Assembly: GCA_964016885.1 (NCBI GenBank)
Contig: OZ024741.1
Span: 77,128,001-77,192,000, forward strand
Direction: 5' to 3'
Length of the DNA stretch: 64,000 nucleotides
DNA from: Eledone cirrhosa
Taxonomy: Eukaryota
In this document: piece by piece, positions 12,777 to 28,794 of the stretch
Layout of the letters: each line of letters opens with the position of its first letter
How positions within the stretch are numbered: position 1 is the first letter of the stretch
Program-made: the position numbers and the translations under genes
Notes under the pieces: model-generated
What the model was told of the DNA's origin: nothing
Database searches by the model: none
What the model saw: the letters and a program-made list of their open reading frames with translations, nothing else

Positions 12777-13666
12777 GTGAGGTTTTTTTTACAAAATGAA
12801 AAATAACCGAGGTGTCCTACACGAGTGAAAGTATAAAGAAAAAGAGATGAAATCGAAAATGCAACTGGAGTCTTATTTAAAAAAAAAATATATATATTTA
12901 TTTGGTTCCTTTACCGGTTTCGCAGTTCTTCTGCTTTTCAAAAGGTGAGTTGAGATGGAGGGTCTGTGGTTTTTCTCACATCTGGTTGGTCTCTGAATGT
13001 TATTTGTTTTATATGGAAAAAGTGGCTCGAAATGCCAGGTTTTTCGAGAAGTAATTTGATTGGTTTGTCAATAATTATAATAAATTTCGCGCCAGTTCGC
13101 GTTACAATAGTTCTTCAAATAAGAGGCGGGGGGGGGGGGGGGGGGTTGTCACAGGTTGTTTTTTCATATATGAGTGTTTGAATTTCTTTTTACTTGAAAA
13201 AAGGGGCTCACGAAGGCTTTTTGGGGGTTGGTTATAAATGAAATTCTGGCTGTCACGTGAACAAGTTTTCATTAAATTTTCGTGCCCTTATTTGGAAATC
13301 CATTCTGTAGCCTTTTTAGAGAATTTTATGATAAGTGAAAGATAATGGTCAAGAGAAAGGGATGGGAGAATTGTTCTGGTTCAGTGAATATGGGGTGTCA
13401 GAATACAGATTTTCTAATAAATAAAGAAAGTAAAGATATGTATGTTTATTTGTGTGCTTGTGTGTGTGTGCGTGTGTGTGTGTGTGTTGTAAATGAGTGT
13501 GTTTGAATTTCTTTACTTAAAAAAAGGTGGCTCACGAAGGCTTTTTTTTAATAAACGTGATTTGATTGGTTTGATTGTACTGCGAAACCGGTAAAGGAAC
13601 CAAATAAATATATATATTTTTTTTTAAAATAAGACTCCAGTTGCATTTTCGATTTCATCTCTTTTT

Positions 13667-13672
<6 letters not shown>
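12770..13672. mobile_element. pLTR-like element with inverted termini (12832-12926 and 13579-13672) between (TA)n tracts
   Basis: Inverted repeat of about 95 bp. The left arm carries an extra ~60-nt tail and an HHR. There is an internal direct repeat (13170-13222 and 13493-13546). Confidence 0.75.
12908..12945 (-). ncRNA. Minimal hammerhead ribozyme with U3-A8 variant core
   Basis: The minus strand reads cctt-TTGAAAA-gcag aagaa ctgc-GAAA-ccgg-TA-aagg. Confidence 0.7.
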
Positions 13673-13727
<55 letters not shown>

Positions 13728-13754
13728 CACATACATATACACATATGTATTAAC

Positions 13755-16275
13755 AATTAACAGTGCTGCGATTGAATGTGGCTTTTTAGCCCAGCCAATG
13801 ATCTAAAAAACGTCTTGCACATATTTGACAATCAAAACATTCACTGGCAATAGCCGGCTGTGGTTGGATTTCATGTAATTTTGCATGTCGTTTGAGCCCT
13901 TCTGCTGATTTACATTCTCTACCATATGCTTGGCAAGCATGATGAGCAGCATCTTCGACAGCAGCCTGGTAGTCAACCACTGGTCTCACTTTATGAATGC
14001 GAAGATGACTTTCGAGTCCAGCTTTGCTGATACAGAGTCTCGCACAGACGCTGCATGTCAACGCCATAGGAGGACCTTCGCTGTCTGGAAATGCAACAGC
14101 ACATCCCTTTTTACTTTCTCGTATGCAATTCGAGATGCTTCAAAAGCAACTTTCCCCTCATGTACAGTCTTTCTCCATTTATTACGATCAGCAGCTACGC
14201 TTTCCCATGTATCAGCAGAGATGTTAGCGTCTTTCAAGGAGGCTTTCAACGAATCTTTATACCTCTTTTTGGTTTATGTGGAGGTCGTTTTCCTTTAACT
14301 AACTTTCCATAAATCCATAAAAGAGTTGTTTTAGTATTCTAGAATCCTTCATCCTGGCAAGGTGACCACTATATCAGAATATTTGCTTAAGCACAAGAGC
14401 TTCTATACTTGTACACAGAGAGCTTTCCAAAATCTCAACATCACTGATGTGGTCTCTTCAGTGAACGCCATGGATCCATCTGATGGAAACGTTTCAATTG
14501 TTTAAGGTGGTGTCGATATGTGACCCAGGTCTCGCAAGCATAAAGAAGTGAAGAGAGCACACATGTCTTGTACACCTTTACCTTTGTCTTCTTGCATATG
14601 TCTCACCTACCCCAGAGGCGCCTTTCTAGCTTTCCGAAAGCATCACTTGCTTTCCTAATCCTGAGTGGGATTTCATTATCAAGGTTGCTGTATCGATTGA
14701 CAGTGTTTCCCAGGTAGACAAACTGATCACCCACTTCAAGTCGTTTACCATACACAGATATTGGTTCACTGTACTGCTTACCAGGTGCAGGTTGGTTGAC
14801 GATGGTTTTATTGAGACTGACAGTCAATCCTAGGGTAGTGCAAGCATCAGAAAATGCATTAAAAATGTGCTGCATATCAATCTCTGTGTGCGCTACAAGA
14901 TCGCAATCATCTGCGTACAAGAGGTCTCTACTGATTGAGGTAAATACTTTTGTTTTTGCAGCAAAGCACTTCATGTTAAATATGCTGCCAGTGGTTCGAT
15001 AGTAGATGTAAACACCATACTTGAAATCCCTGAATGCAATATAGAAAACCATCACAAAGTATATGGAAAATAGGGTCGGTGCTGGTATATCTCCCTGTTT
15101 CACTCCATTTTTCACTGAGATAGGCTCCGACATATTACCTATGACATTAACCCAAGCCTCCATGCCGTCATGCAAAGACCTTATCAAGGCAACCAAGTTT
15201 CTGGAGAATCTTCCACAATGCATTTCTGTTAACAGTATCGAAAGCTTTTGTCAGATCGACAAAAACCTGATACAGATCCAAACCCTGTTCCATGCACCTC
15301 TCCTGGAGCTGTTTTGCTGAGAAGATCATATCAGTAGTGCCGCGTCCAGCACGAAAACCATATTGACTTTCAAGAAGAACACAATCTGTAATGTGTGTCA
15401 GCAGACGGTCCAGAAGCACCCTACATAAAACTTTCCCTACGACAGAAAGCAATGATATATCCCTGTAGTTTCCACAATCATTCTTGTTACCCTTTCCCTT
15501 GTACAATACTACCAATACTGCATCTCTCCAGTCCTCAGGTACGGATTTACTAGCCCATATCCATAGTCTCTTACCACCATATTGTAAGAGCTCTGCATGT
15601 ATGCCCTCCATACCTGGAGACCTTCCACCGTTCAGCTTCGAGATAGCTACTGCAATCCCCTCAAACGTCGGTGGTTCTGTGAGAGCTACTTTCAAAGGTT
15701 TTTCAGGAATAAGATTGAGGAAATCTTCATTGACGACAGACGGCTGATTCAAAAGTTCATCAAAGTGCACTCGCCACCATCGCATAATTCCTTGTGAGTC
15801 ATGAAGAAGTTCCTTGCCATCCCTGCTGCAAAGCGGTGTCACCAGAGAGGAAGACGGTCCATAAACTTCACGCAAGAGGCTGTACAACAGCTTTATCTTA
15901 TTGTAATCTGATGCAGCTTGTATCTCATCAGCCTTCTCACTCCACCACTTATCCTTCATCTGAGAAAGCCTCCTCTTCAAAATTGATTTCACATCCTTGA
16001 GTTCCTTATGCAACATATTCTTCTCCTGCCAAGTAGCATGACAGATGACGCCTCTTATCAGCCAACAATTCATCTATATGTTCCATAATTTTCCTTAAAC
16101 TAGTCTTGATGCTTTCTCTGCACCAATCCCAGAACACGCCTGCCTACATCATAAACCGACTTTTTAAGGGTCGGCCAATCCTCACAAAAATCTGCATCAT
16201 GCATTTCTTCTCGCAATGTCCTCTTCACACTATTATCCCTAAGACGAGAAGCATTCAGTCTTCTAGGCAGGGTAA
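13755..16275 (-). mobile_element. RTE-clade LINE, 5'-truncated and frameshifted, with C-terminal C2H2-like fingers
   Basis: RT motifs YKGKGNKNDCGNYRDISLLSVVGK, QYGFRAGRGTTD, FVDLTKAFDTV, GVKQGDIPAPTLF, LLYADDC. C-terminal CSVC...SHLRIH in ORF 13786-14067. Confidence 0.92.
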
Positions 16276-16319
16276 CATACATACATACATACATACATAC
16301 ATACATACATACATACATA

Positions 16320-17400
16320 CATGATGGCTGCCCCCTCGTTATCGAGTATGGCCATTGCACGATATACCATTATTAATAATTATTGATTAATTCTATCGTG
16401 CAATGCCTGTGCGTGAATATGTTTTTAAAAGTGACGAAAGACTGTGCACTGAGCCAATCCCACTCTCTGAGCGACAATAGCTGTAACCCGGAAGAAGAAA
16501 AGATCAACATCATCGGTAACTACTGAGCCACAGGTTTTATATCGGAGTTATCCCAGTTTCCTGAGTTGCCTTCTCCTAGGAGAATGCCCTGACAAAGGAT
16601 AGGGGTCCTTCACTCCCAGTGGTTTAACCGCGCAATCGGGTGTCCAGACCCACTATTTCTATGTCCCCCCGCATATACACACACACATGCACCCATGTAT
16701 ATACACATATACATATACATACATATGCACATGTGTATATACATATTTACACATTTTTGGATGGCCGTTGACTTTTATGAGTTCTTCCGACCTTTGTCAG
16801 GTTTTGTTTTTTGTTCTGCAGGGTGTCCAAAATCACCCTCCTCACCAAGTAAACTTGGTGGGGTTGCCGGTTAAGTCGCCGACGACCCGACCATGCGACA
16901 GGTTGTACTGGGTTACATGTTACCAGTATCACTAAAGAGTGACCCGACATAACATACATACATACATACATACATACAGACATACATACATGGTGGCTGC
17001 CAACTCGTTTTCGAGTACGGCCACTACTTTATATCCATGTAGGAGAACCCCTACCGATGCGCTGAACGTGTGTGACTTTTTAGTCCAGCCAGCGACTTGA
17101 AAGCTCTGGTACAAACACTACACTTGTGACAATTATTGACACATAGTGCTGGGCCCATGGTACCATGTGACGACAAATGCAGAGAGATCTCCAGATATAA
17201 AGCAATGCCTGTGCCGTGAACCTTTTATAGTGAGCAAAGGCACTGCACAAAGCCAGTCCCACTCTCTTAACCAAGATGATATTTACCAAAAAGAAGAACA
17301 AGTCAACATCATTGGATACCATCAGGGTTGCAGGTGTTATATCAGAGTTTTCCTTCTCCTAGAATTCTGCCTTGACAAAAGCTAAGGGGTCATCTCTCCC
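16320..17400. repeat. Cluster of retroelement 3'-end fragments joined by (CATA)n; relatives at ~12500-12680 and 45262-45420
   Basis: catgatggctgccccctcgttatcgagtatggcca recurs at 12640, 16320 and 16990. 16825-16955 is the reverse complement of 45290-45420. Confidence 0.65.
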
Positions 17401-17959
17401 GGCGATTTTGGATGGCCATTGACTCTTAAGAGCTCCTTTTCCCTTTGACAGGTTTTGTTTTTAGTCCTGCATACATACATACATACATACATACATACTT
17501 ACATACATACTTACATACATGTGTGTGGTATACGCTATGTGCTTATCTGTGAGTGTATGTGTGGCTCTCTCGCTCTATGCATATGTGATTATCTATGCCT
17601 GTGCGCATAATCTGTGATTTTTACAATCTGTGTATGTAAGTACTCCCAGGTCTCGAATAATCGTCACCCCACCCGCTTATTAATTTCTAAGATTTTTTCC
17701 ATACCCTCGCTCTTATTGCAAGCCCTCCCTCGCTTATTACATTTTGCTGACGTTTATTTTAAGTAGTAGAATTCCTGCGACAATTAATTCTCTTTATACA
17801 TTAAAAAAACATTACACATGACAAAAAAGTACATTACTAGAAATCCCATATGTTATAAAATAAATAGGATGGGTTGGGTTTCAATATGTAAACTAAACGA
17901 CTAATGTTTTTTTTTCGGTTTTTTTAAATCAATTGATATAAGCATCAATGATTTTACAG

Positions 17960-19850
17960 AGGAGAGGATTGTAGGGAACAACCAGTTTGTTACTAACTTG
18001 AACGTCTTGACTCGTATCTTGATAATCACAGTTTTTCTACCGAAGTCAGGGCTTCTTCGTCATCTCCAGTTACGGTTTCTTGTTGAAAACAGGCCTTGGA
18101 TATCTTTTTTCATATTTGTTACCTTTCGTGCACACACACTTGGGGTTGATGCTGCCACATAGACCATGTATCATTAGTTTTGAGATAATGGCAAATAGTT
18201 CTGGGTCTTCTTCAGGATTGAGCAATTCTTTTAGCAGCCACATCAAAATATTCTGTTTCTCATTGAAAACCATGAGAATGATGTCATGTCTATCTCTTGT
18301 ATCTTGGCGTTCAAATAGCTCATTTTGAATTCCAGGCCACATTGGATTGCATGTAAATGTAATGAAAAGATCTGGACACCCAAATTTTCTTACATATGCC
18401 ATGGCATCTTGTGTGCGCTCAGCCATAGAGCATGGAGTTCCTGTGAAGCTAGATGGCAGAATGACTGGCTGACCAGCACTGGAAGGATTCATTCCACCAG
18501 TTACAACGGCATCTAACAAGTGGATTTATTGCTCTGCTTTAAGTTTAGCTTGATTGTTTTTAATGAATACTAACCGTTCAGCTTCAATTTTGGTATAACC
18601 ATCAACCATTAATTGGCTTGTGTATCTTCACATTCTTAAGATATGGTTAAAACAATCTCTTACCATGAAGTGGAATGAATAAACATTTTTGCAACTGACC
18701 GATTTATTAGTTTCTTCATCTGTAGTGGGGTTTACTTGTTTTAAGGCGAAATTGTATCCATCTTGACATCTCCAAAATATCAAAGGATACTGAAGAGCGT
18801 TTTATGCTTCGTGTGTATCCGCAATTCTTCGTAAATGGCCAGATCTCTCCTGTACCTATGATGTCTCTGGATTTATATTGTTCATTGACCATCAGTACAG
18901 CCACTTCGTCTTCTAGTGGTTTGTTACCTTTTGTATTTTTTGCTTGTTTTTTATCAAGTCTGATAATAATTTTATTCATGGGGTGTGCATTTTTTTCTAA
19001 GGCAAATTTGAATACTCTTAAGTAATTACGGGTTTTTTTAAAGCAAATTTTGCAGATCTAATTACTTGTAGCTGAAGACCACCGGAAATATTTCTGCATT
19101 GTTGAGTTGCTTCTTCTTCGTTGTTAACCAAAAGGTAAACTTGAATAAATTTCGGTTCCTCATTAGGCTGGGGGAGTAAACTGCCGATTAAATAGTAACA
19201 ATGCCCTTGGATGTTAAATGCTGCAAAATAACAATAGTCAGTATGATACTTTTCAGCTCCAAAGGACGCCATCTGAAACGCAGCATTATACCACATAACA
19301 TTGATCCTAAGTCTCTAACTTCGTTAGTATGGTCTGTAAGTATTCTACGGATAACAGTTGGAAGTCTGACCTTCCTCCTAAGCAACACATGCCAAGTGTT
19401 TCTCTTTTCCATTTTCTGGCTCCACAACTACTGCATGTAATGTCCATGCTACCAATGACGACTTTAGGATCGTTTCTATGATTTCTCGGTGGATCATATG
19501 AAAACGTAGCTCTTAGCCAATTTATTCTTCCTTGAATATTCCTTTGAGTTCGTCGAGTTTGCATCGCAACTCTCATTGCTTCTCGGTGATTTTCATATTC
19601 TGCCTCCGTTTATTACGATCGTCTTTCTTCTTGCCTTCGTCTTTCTGTTTACCGTGTCAGGTTCTGTTCACTTCCAGAAGGTTGTGATAGTCTTTCTTGT
19701 TGTTTTAATCTTTCTGTTTCCGGTCTCATATTTTGTTAAATATCAATGTTGTGATCGTTGTTCTTGTTGCCTTGCCCTTTTACTCTTAAGTCTTTTTTCA
19801 TATTGTTCTTGATTTTCTCTTTCACGTGAAGATTTCATCCGTTAGATGGA
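17960..19850 (-). pseudogene. Degenerate autonomous Helitron (Rep/helicase N-terminal half)
   Basis: CSSCGARKWKRETLGMCC zinc finger, YNAAFQMASFGA, IGSLLPQPNEEPKFIQVY, and VILPSSFTG...QDAMAYVRKFGCPDLFITFTCNP (Rep). Confidence 0.92.
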
Positions 19851-21616
19851 CCTAGTGTTTTGATGGAATGTTGAAATTAATGTTCTTGGAAAATATCGTG
19901 ATAAAATACAAAAGTAGTATAAAAATACAAATAAATGCAAAATAGCAGCCGATCGCATGGTCTTATATGACAGCCCTACAGTATAGGTTGACACTCTATC
20001 GGTATTAGGTAGTAGCAACATACGACAATATCTGCAAAAAGCTAAATTAATATACACTGTAGATTAATTTCAAATAGCATCAATTTTACTATGAGAGATT
20101 GTCAATTTTCGTTTTTGTGTGATAAGCGAAGACAACAATCAATAAAAAATCTCTCTATCTAAACTATAATAATATATAATTCTTATTATTCCCTATAACG
20201 GCCGAAATTAAACCGTTTCGGTGGTTGAACGGATATAAAAAGAGAGGGATGAATTTTGGTGGGGTGATAGTTAGAAGGTGACAATGAAAGATAAAGATAC
20301 TTTAAAGACAGTTAAATGCCGGTTAGGTTTCACGCTGGCTTGGATACCAGATTGTTATTTTATGAGTTATAGTTAATGCTGTCTGTGTGTATGTTGTAGA
20401 GCGTTATGTGAGGTGGTTATAGTTGAGTATCCGTATATGCGTTTGTAACTCTGCATACTATAGTGTGTATTTGTATGATGGGTTTTAGTCGCGAGCTATT
20501 GTGTCATATCATCAGTGTAGGATTATCGAGAAGCGGGGGGTTTCTAACTCTAATGGAAAATAACCACCAAAGTTAAATCTTATACCGGCGGTTGCAATCC
20601 TTGCAATGTATGCACAGCTGAAGCAATAAATACCTTATGCGTTAACATAATGCCCGAACTTGTTATAACGTGTTAAACACAAGATCTACAAAACATACTT
20701 CAACCACAGAACTATACATATTTTAACTACATTATAACTTGTATAACTTGCATACACACAACAATACATACTGGTCAAACCATACATAACGACATACTCA
20801 TTATCAATCACAGATCCAAATACTAGTATGACACCAGAGTAAAAGCCACTTACAACTATATCCAGTGACACTTGCATACATCTTCACAAAAGAATAAACC
20901 GACAATGAATACCGCCAACCACAACAGAGACACAGGTGGACATATGTTCACACATAAATAAACAAACAGCACATGGATACTAGTAAGTACTAAAAATGCA
21001 CACACCAACACACCATACAGACAGCCGAGCACTGAATAAGTTTCACAAACTTAAACTATAACCACGTACACGTACGCACACCAATAACTCCACACCAATG
21101 AAATGATACTGATATATATTCTAGATCTATTACCATCAAGTCCCCCCCCCCCACACATGTGTACACACACACACACACATATATATATATATTTGACTCC
21201 TTCCTCCCGTTTGACCTGGGCGAAATTCTTTCCTCGCTCAAATTTCGACCAGGTTGGATGGTCTTTATTCTCTCTCGTCTACGATTTCACAGAACTTATG
21301 TTCATCGATTTCAGGGACTTGACTCCTTCTTCCTCACTTTTCGTTGCATTACCATCTTTGTTTGTTTACTGTCTCGCTCGTTCCCCCTATTTATGTGTCC
21401 CAACGACTTTCTTTAGCCGTTGCTCGCACCAACCAGAGGTGTATGGTCTTTGAGGCGATGAAATACCAGTGGAGGCTGGGGGATCACTGATGAAGGACTA
21501 AATTTGTTCGTGTGTGGCCCATTTGCAGCCACGCAACACGCCATGTTTTCATATTTATATATATATATATATATATGGAGGAAGTTATAGTTCACTTGAA
21601 GCATTGTGTAATGAGG

Positions 21617-24179
21617 TATAAACGTTTGTATATGTATAATAAAGCCAAAACAATGCAGGTATGGACATATAATAAAGAATGCAAATGCAAAAGATATTGT
21701 TGACAATTAGTCTTTTGCCTTAGATTTATTTAAATGTCCTTGATTTTCGAGATATCTCTTCTTCGGAGGGAAGTAAAGCGGTTAAACCAGTGTTCTAAAT
21801 AGCTTGCCAAGTCATGCTGACAGGAAATGGTATAGAGTATCTGTTCTATCTCTAATGTCAAAGAGTTAGGTTAGGTGGATAAAGAGTACTCTCCCTTTAA
21901 AAGGTTTTTTTTTTGTACATGCCTGTTTAAGTGTGTGGGAGAATGCATGAAGGTGTAAGTATGTGAGTGTGTGTGTGTGTGTGAGTGTGAGAAGATATGT
22001 CTATACGTAAATGTGGGGGATAGATGTTATCTCGTGTTAGAACTGGTCTTTGTGTGTGTATGTGTGTGTGTGAGAGAGAATAAGTGGAGGTGTAAGCGTG
22101 TGTGTGTGTGTGCGTGCGTGTGTGTGTGCGCGCGTGTGTGTGTGTGTGTGCGTGTGTGTAAATATGGGGCTAGATGCTATATCAAGTTATAAATTGGGTG
22201 TTGAGTTCTAGTCTATTATTGATTGGTGGTTGTGTTTTGTCTATAATTAGTGCTTCCTTAATTCTAAGATTGCCGAGATTTCTTTCCTTAGTTTCTATCC
22301 TAACTGTTATGGTTTTGTCGGTGTTTTTGCATTTAACTAGGTGTTTCTTAAATGAGGAAGCGTTAGTATTGAGGTCTTCTTTTATTCTTATGTGGAGTGG
22401 TCTGGTGGTGCTACCTACGTAGAAGTTGCTGCATTTGTCACACTCTAGTCTGTATACGACGTAAGCCTGGTGGCATAGGTCTGTGTCGTTGATGGGGCAG
22501 TTGGCTAGCCTGCAGTAGTTGTCATGTCTGGTGGAGTGTCTTTTGGTTAGCTGTCCGCGTAGAGAAGGACCTGAGTGGGCCAGTTGGATATCTAGTCCCT
22601 CTCGTCTGATAGCTCTGCGGATGGCTGTTGTTTCGTCACTGAAGTGTGGGAGCTTCAGGAAGCAAGTGTTAGTGCCTCGGGTGTGGTGTCCTCTGTTCTT
22701 TCTGGCACGGTTTGTGGTGGATGTCGTGTATCCGTTCAGTTTGAGTACTTCCAGGAAATGTGTGGTGTGTGTGTCTCGGTCTCTAGCGTCGGTGCATTTG
22801 TTCCGGATACGTGTTAGTTCGTTCCTTATGTATCCGAACTTAGCGCCGGCTGGGAGGGCCGATCTGAAATGCACGACCATGTCCCTGCTGGCGGTTTTTT
22901 TATAGAAGCAGGTGTGGATGTTGCCTTCCTCTGTTACCCTGAGTTGGAAGTCCAGTAGGGATAGGGATCCGCGGTCATCGGGGTGTTCCATGCTGAACTT
23001 TATACTGGCGTCCATGCTGGAGAATGTTGTGTATATTTTATCTGCCTCCTCACGGGATGATGTAAGGATGAGTATGTCATCTACATATCGGGTGAAGAAA
23101 GTATGGGAATGGCAGGTGTTGAGGGCTCGGCATTCTAGCTGGTTCATATAGGTGATGGCCAGCAGGCCCGATAGGCTGGATCCCATGGGTAATCCTGTTG
23201 TCTGTCTGTATGTGTGGTGGTGGAAGGTGAAGTACGTGTTGTCTACTGTGAAGGACAAAAGCTGGTGTATGTCCGTCGGGTGGAGGCCGTAGCAGTGGAT
23301 GTCCTCTGCGACCACGCAGTCCGTCAATAAATCGACAGCTGGATGAGCGGGGACTGTAGTGTAGAGGGAGACAACGTCGAGGCTAAAGGCGTATCTATTT
23401 AGTTTAAGTTGTGCTGGCTGGAGTTGGTGTAGTCTACGTATGACATCGTCGGAGCTACTGACATGCCCGGGAAAGGTGGAGAGTAGAGGCTTGAGGACCT
23501 GGGAGAGGAGCCAGGAAATTTTGTATTGGGGTCCTTCTATGCTAGAGACGATGGGTCTTATTTGCGTGTTAGTGCTATTCTTGTGGGTCTTGATGAGGTG
23601 GTAGAAAGTGGGCAGTCTGCTATTTCTAGTGGTGTAGTTGAGCTTAACTTTATTTGGGAGTTGTCTTCTCCTACAGATATCGAACCAGATGGAGTCGGTC
23701 TGTTTTTCGATCTGGGCTGCAGTCATGTCCGGGATCTCTGTATATAATTCATTGTCGCTTAGGTGTTCAAAAGCTAGGTTGTTGTATGTGGCTTGAGAGA
23801 TGACGCAAAACTCTTTACCCCACACACACACACTCACATACTTACACCTTCATGCATTCTCCCACACACTTAAACAGGCATGTTAAAAAAAAAAACCTTT
23901 TAAAGGGAGAGTACTCTTTATCCACCTAACCTAACTCTTTGACATTAGAGATAGAACAGATACTCTATACCATTTCCTGTCAGCATGACTTGGCAAGCTA
24001 TTTAGAACACTGGATTAACCGCTTTACTTCCCTCCGAAGAAGAGATATTATCTCGGAAATTAAGGACATTTAAATAAATCTAAGGTAAAAGACTAATTGT
24101 CAACAATATCTTTTGCATTTGCATTCTTTATTCTATGTCCATACCTGCATTGTTTTGGCCTTATTATACATATACAAAC

Positions 24180-24184
<5 letters not shown>
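21617..24184 (-). mobile_element. PLE insertion with an inverted pLTR at the 5' truncation point (arms 21617-21982 and 23821-24184)
   Basis: Inverted repeats of about 365 bp flank the RT-EN ORF. The right end abuts (TA)n. Confidence 0.92.
22182..23817 (-). CDS. PLE reverse transcriptase plus GIY-YIG endonuclease, open frame, N-terminally truncated
   Basis: FYHLIKTHK, RPIVS, FSLDVVSLYTTVP, GLPMGSSLSG, FTRYVDDIL, VVYRLECDKCSNFYVGSTTRPLHIRIKE. Confidence 0.9.
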
Positions 24185-24266
<82 letters not shown>

Positions 24267-24286
24267 TATATATATATATAATATTA

Positions 24287-26090
<1,804 letters not shown>

Positions 26091-26124
26091 TAAAATAATT
26101 ATATATATATATATAGAGATATAT

Positions 26125-26342
26125 ATAGTAATAATAATAAATTTGAAGACTAAAATCCAAAGAGGGCTCGATAAGGATAAATATATATCAAATATATAAG
26201 AACCGTAGAGCAAATATTTATTAAAATAACAGATTAAAGTTTAAGCAAAGAATCGCTGCTTTCACCCTTAACGGGATCTTCTGAAGATCCCGTTAAGGGT
26301 GAAAACAGCGATTCTTTGCTTAAACTTTAATCTGTTATTTTA

Positions 26343-26350
<8 letters not shown>
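26125..26350. repeat. Fold-back pLTR hairpin (palindrome 26214-26350) in (TA)n; sister at 43760-43975
   Basis: 68-bp arms with one mismatch, centred inside CTGAAGA-tccc gttaa ggg t-GAAA. Confidence 0.85.
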
Positions 26351-26396
<46 letters not shown>

Positions 26397-26454
26397 GTGT
26401 GTGTGTCTGTGTCTGTGTGTGTATGTGCGTGTATGTGCGTGTGCGTGTGTGTGT

Positions 26455-26640
26455 GTTCATTTCATTAAGGTTAAATAGTGAGTCTTGTTACACTGGAGTT
26501 TCGCCTGTTTATCACAGGGTCACCTGATGACCCTGTGATAAACAGGCGAAACACCAGAATACCAAGACTCACTATTTAACCTTAATGAAATGAATATTCA
26601 AACTCTACTTAGGTCTTGAGTACATTTTCTCTCAGCCGTC
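26455..26640. repeat. Fold-back hairpin centred on an HHR-like core
   Basis: Arms ~26456-26522 and ~26528-26594. The plus strand has CTGATGA-c-cctg tgataaa cagg-c-GAAAc. Confidence 0.8.
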
Positions 26641-26652
26641 AAACACATACGG

Positions 26653-26768
<116 letters not shown>

Positions 26769-26777
26769 ATATCATAT

Positions 26778-27372
26778 GGTTTTATAATAGAAATACAGCC
26801 CCATCGATTTCAGTTGGAAATAAATATTTTTCTTCGGTTTTTCTCATGTGCTATGAATTAAACTTACCTCCGAATATGCTGGAAAGGACCTTTCTACCTG
26901 GAAAGGGTGGGGGGATCAGGCTTTCCCCATCCTCCCCTGGAGTTTTCTTTACCATTTTCCCCACGGTTTGTTCGTGGGCTACCAACTATTTTTACCTCTG
27001 AACATGCTGCAAAGGACATTTCCCCGTGGAAAACGGAGGTGGAGCAGAGGACCCGCGAAACTGCCATCCCTTCCCGGAGTTTTCTTTACTTCCTATCCCT
27101 AACTAAACCCTAACCCCGGGGGCTTTGCAGCATGTTCGAAGATACAAATAGTTAGTAGCACACAGAAAAATCGAGGGAAAATATTGTAAAGAAGATTCCA
27201 AAGGAGGGGGGAAGTGAGGGTCCGTGGGTCCCCCTTTTCCTCCTCTGTTTTCCAAAGGAAAAAATCCTTTGCAGCATATTCGGAGGTAAACTTAATTGAT
27301 AGCACACGAGAAAACTGAGAAAAAATAATTATTTCCCACTAAAACCGATCGGGGTGTTCTATTATGATACCA
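26778..27372. mobile_element. MITE-like element with long imperfect terminal inverted repeats
   Basis: ttacctccgaatatgctg (~26865) is inverted as cagcatattcggaggtaa (~27272). The ends ccccatcgattt and accgatcgggg are inverted. Confidence 0.7.
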
Positions 27373-27389
27373 TTTTTTTCATGTATATA

Positions 27390-28297
<908 letters not shown>

Positions 28298-28794
28298 GTT
28301 TGCTGATTTGAAGGTCAGATTCATTTAAAACCCACCAAAAAAAAAAAAAAAAAATGAGGATAAAAATGTTCTACTTGAACCAAGATGGGTGTTGATGCTA
28401 ATATTTACCGCGCGCGCACACACATACACACACAATAGTAATATTAATTGTTTCTACTTTTGGTACAAGGACACCATTTATTTTATCGACCAGCGAGGAT
28501 TTTAACTCAGGACGTAAAGGGCTGCAAAACATGGTGTAATATTAATAGTAATATTAATGAGAGTAAATTTTACTGTTATTCTTGAATGATTTGTATTTAT
28601 ATTTCATTAATCGTTTTGGATTTTAATTAACTAATAGCAAATTATTAAATAAAATAATTTGCTGTCTGTTGTATGGGAAGAAACAATTGTCAGTGATTAA
28701 ATGCCTTGAACTTTCAATTTTTGGTTTATAGGCACATTGTAACTATATATATATTTCCTTCAAGTGTGAACCTAATATAACAGTGTAAATTTGC

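Noticed and set aside
13786-14067. C2H2 zinc-finger host gene
   Set aside because: Contiguous with the RTE ORF C-terminus, so it is part of the retrotransposon.
21480-21530. CTGATGAaggac...gttcg as an HHR
   Set aside because: The GAAA and cleavage triplet are missing; at best a broken remnant.
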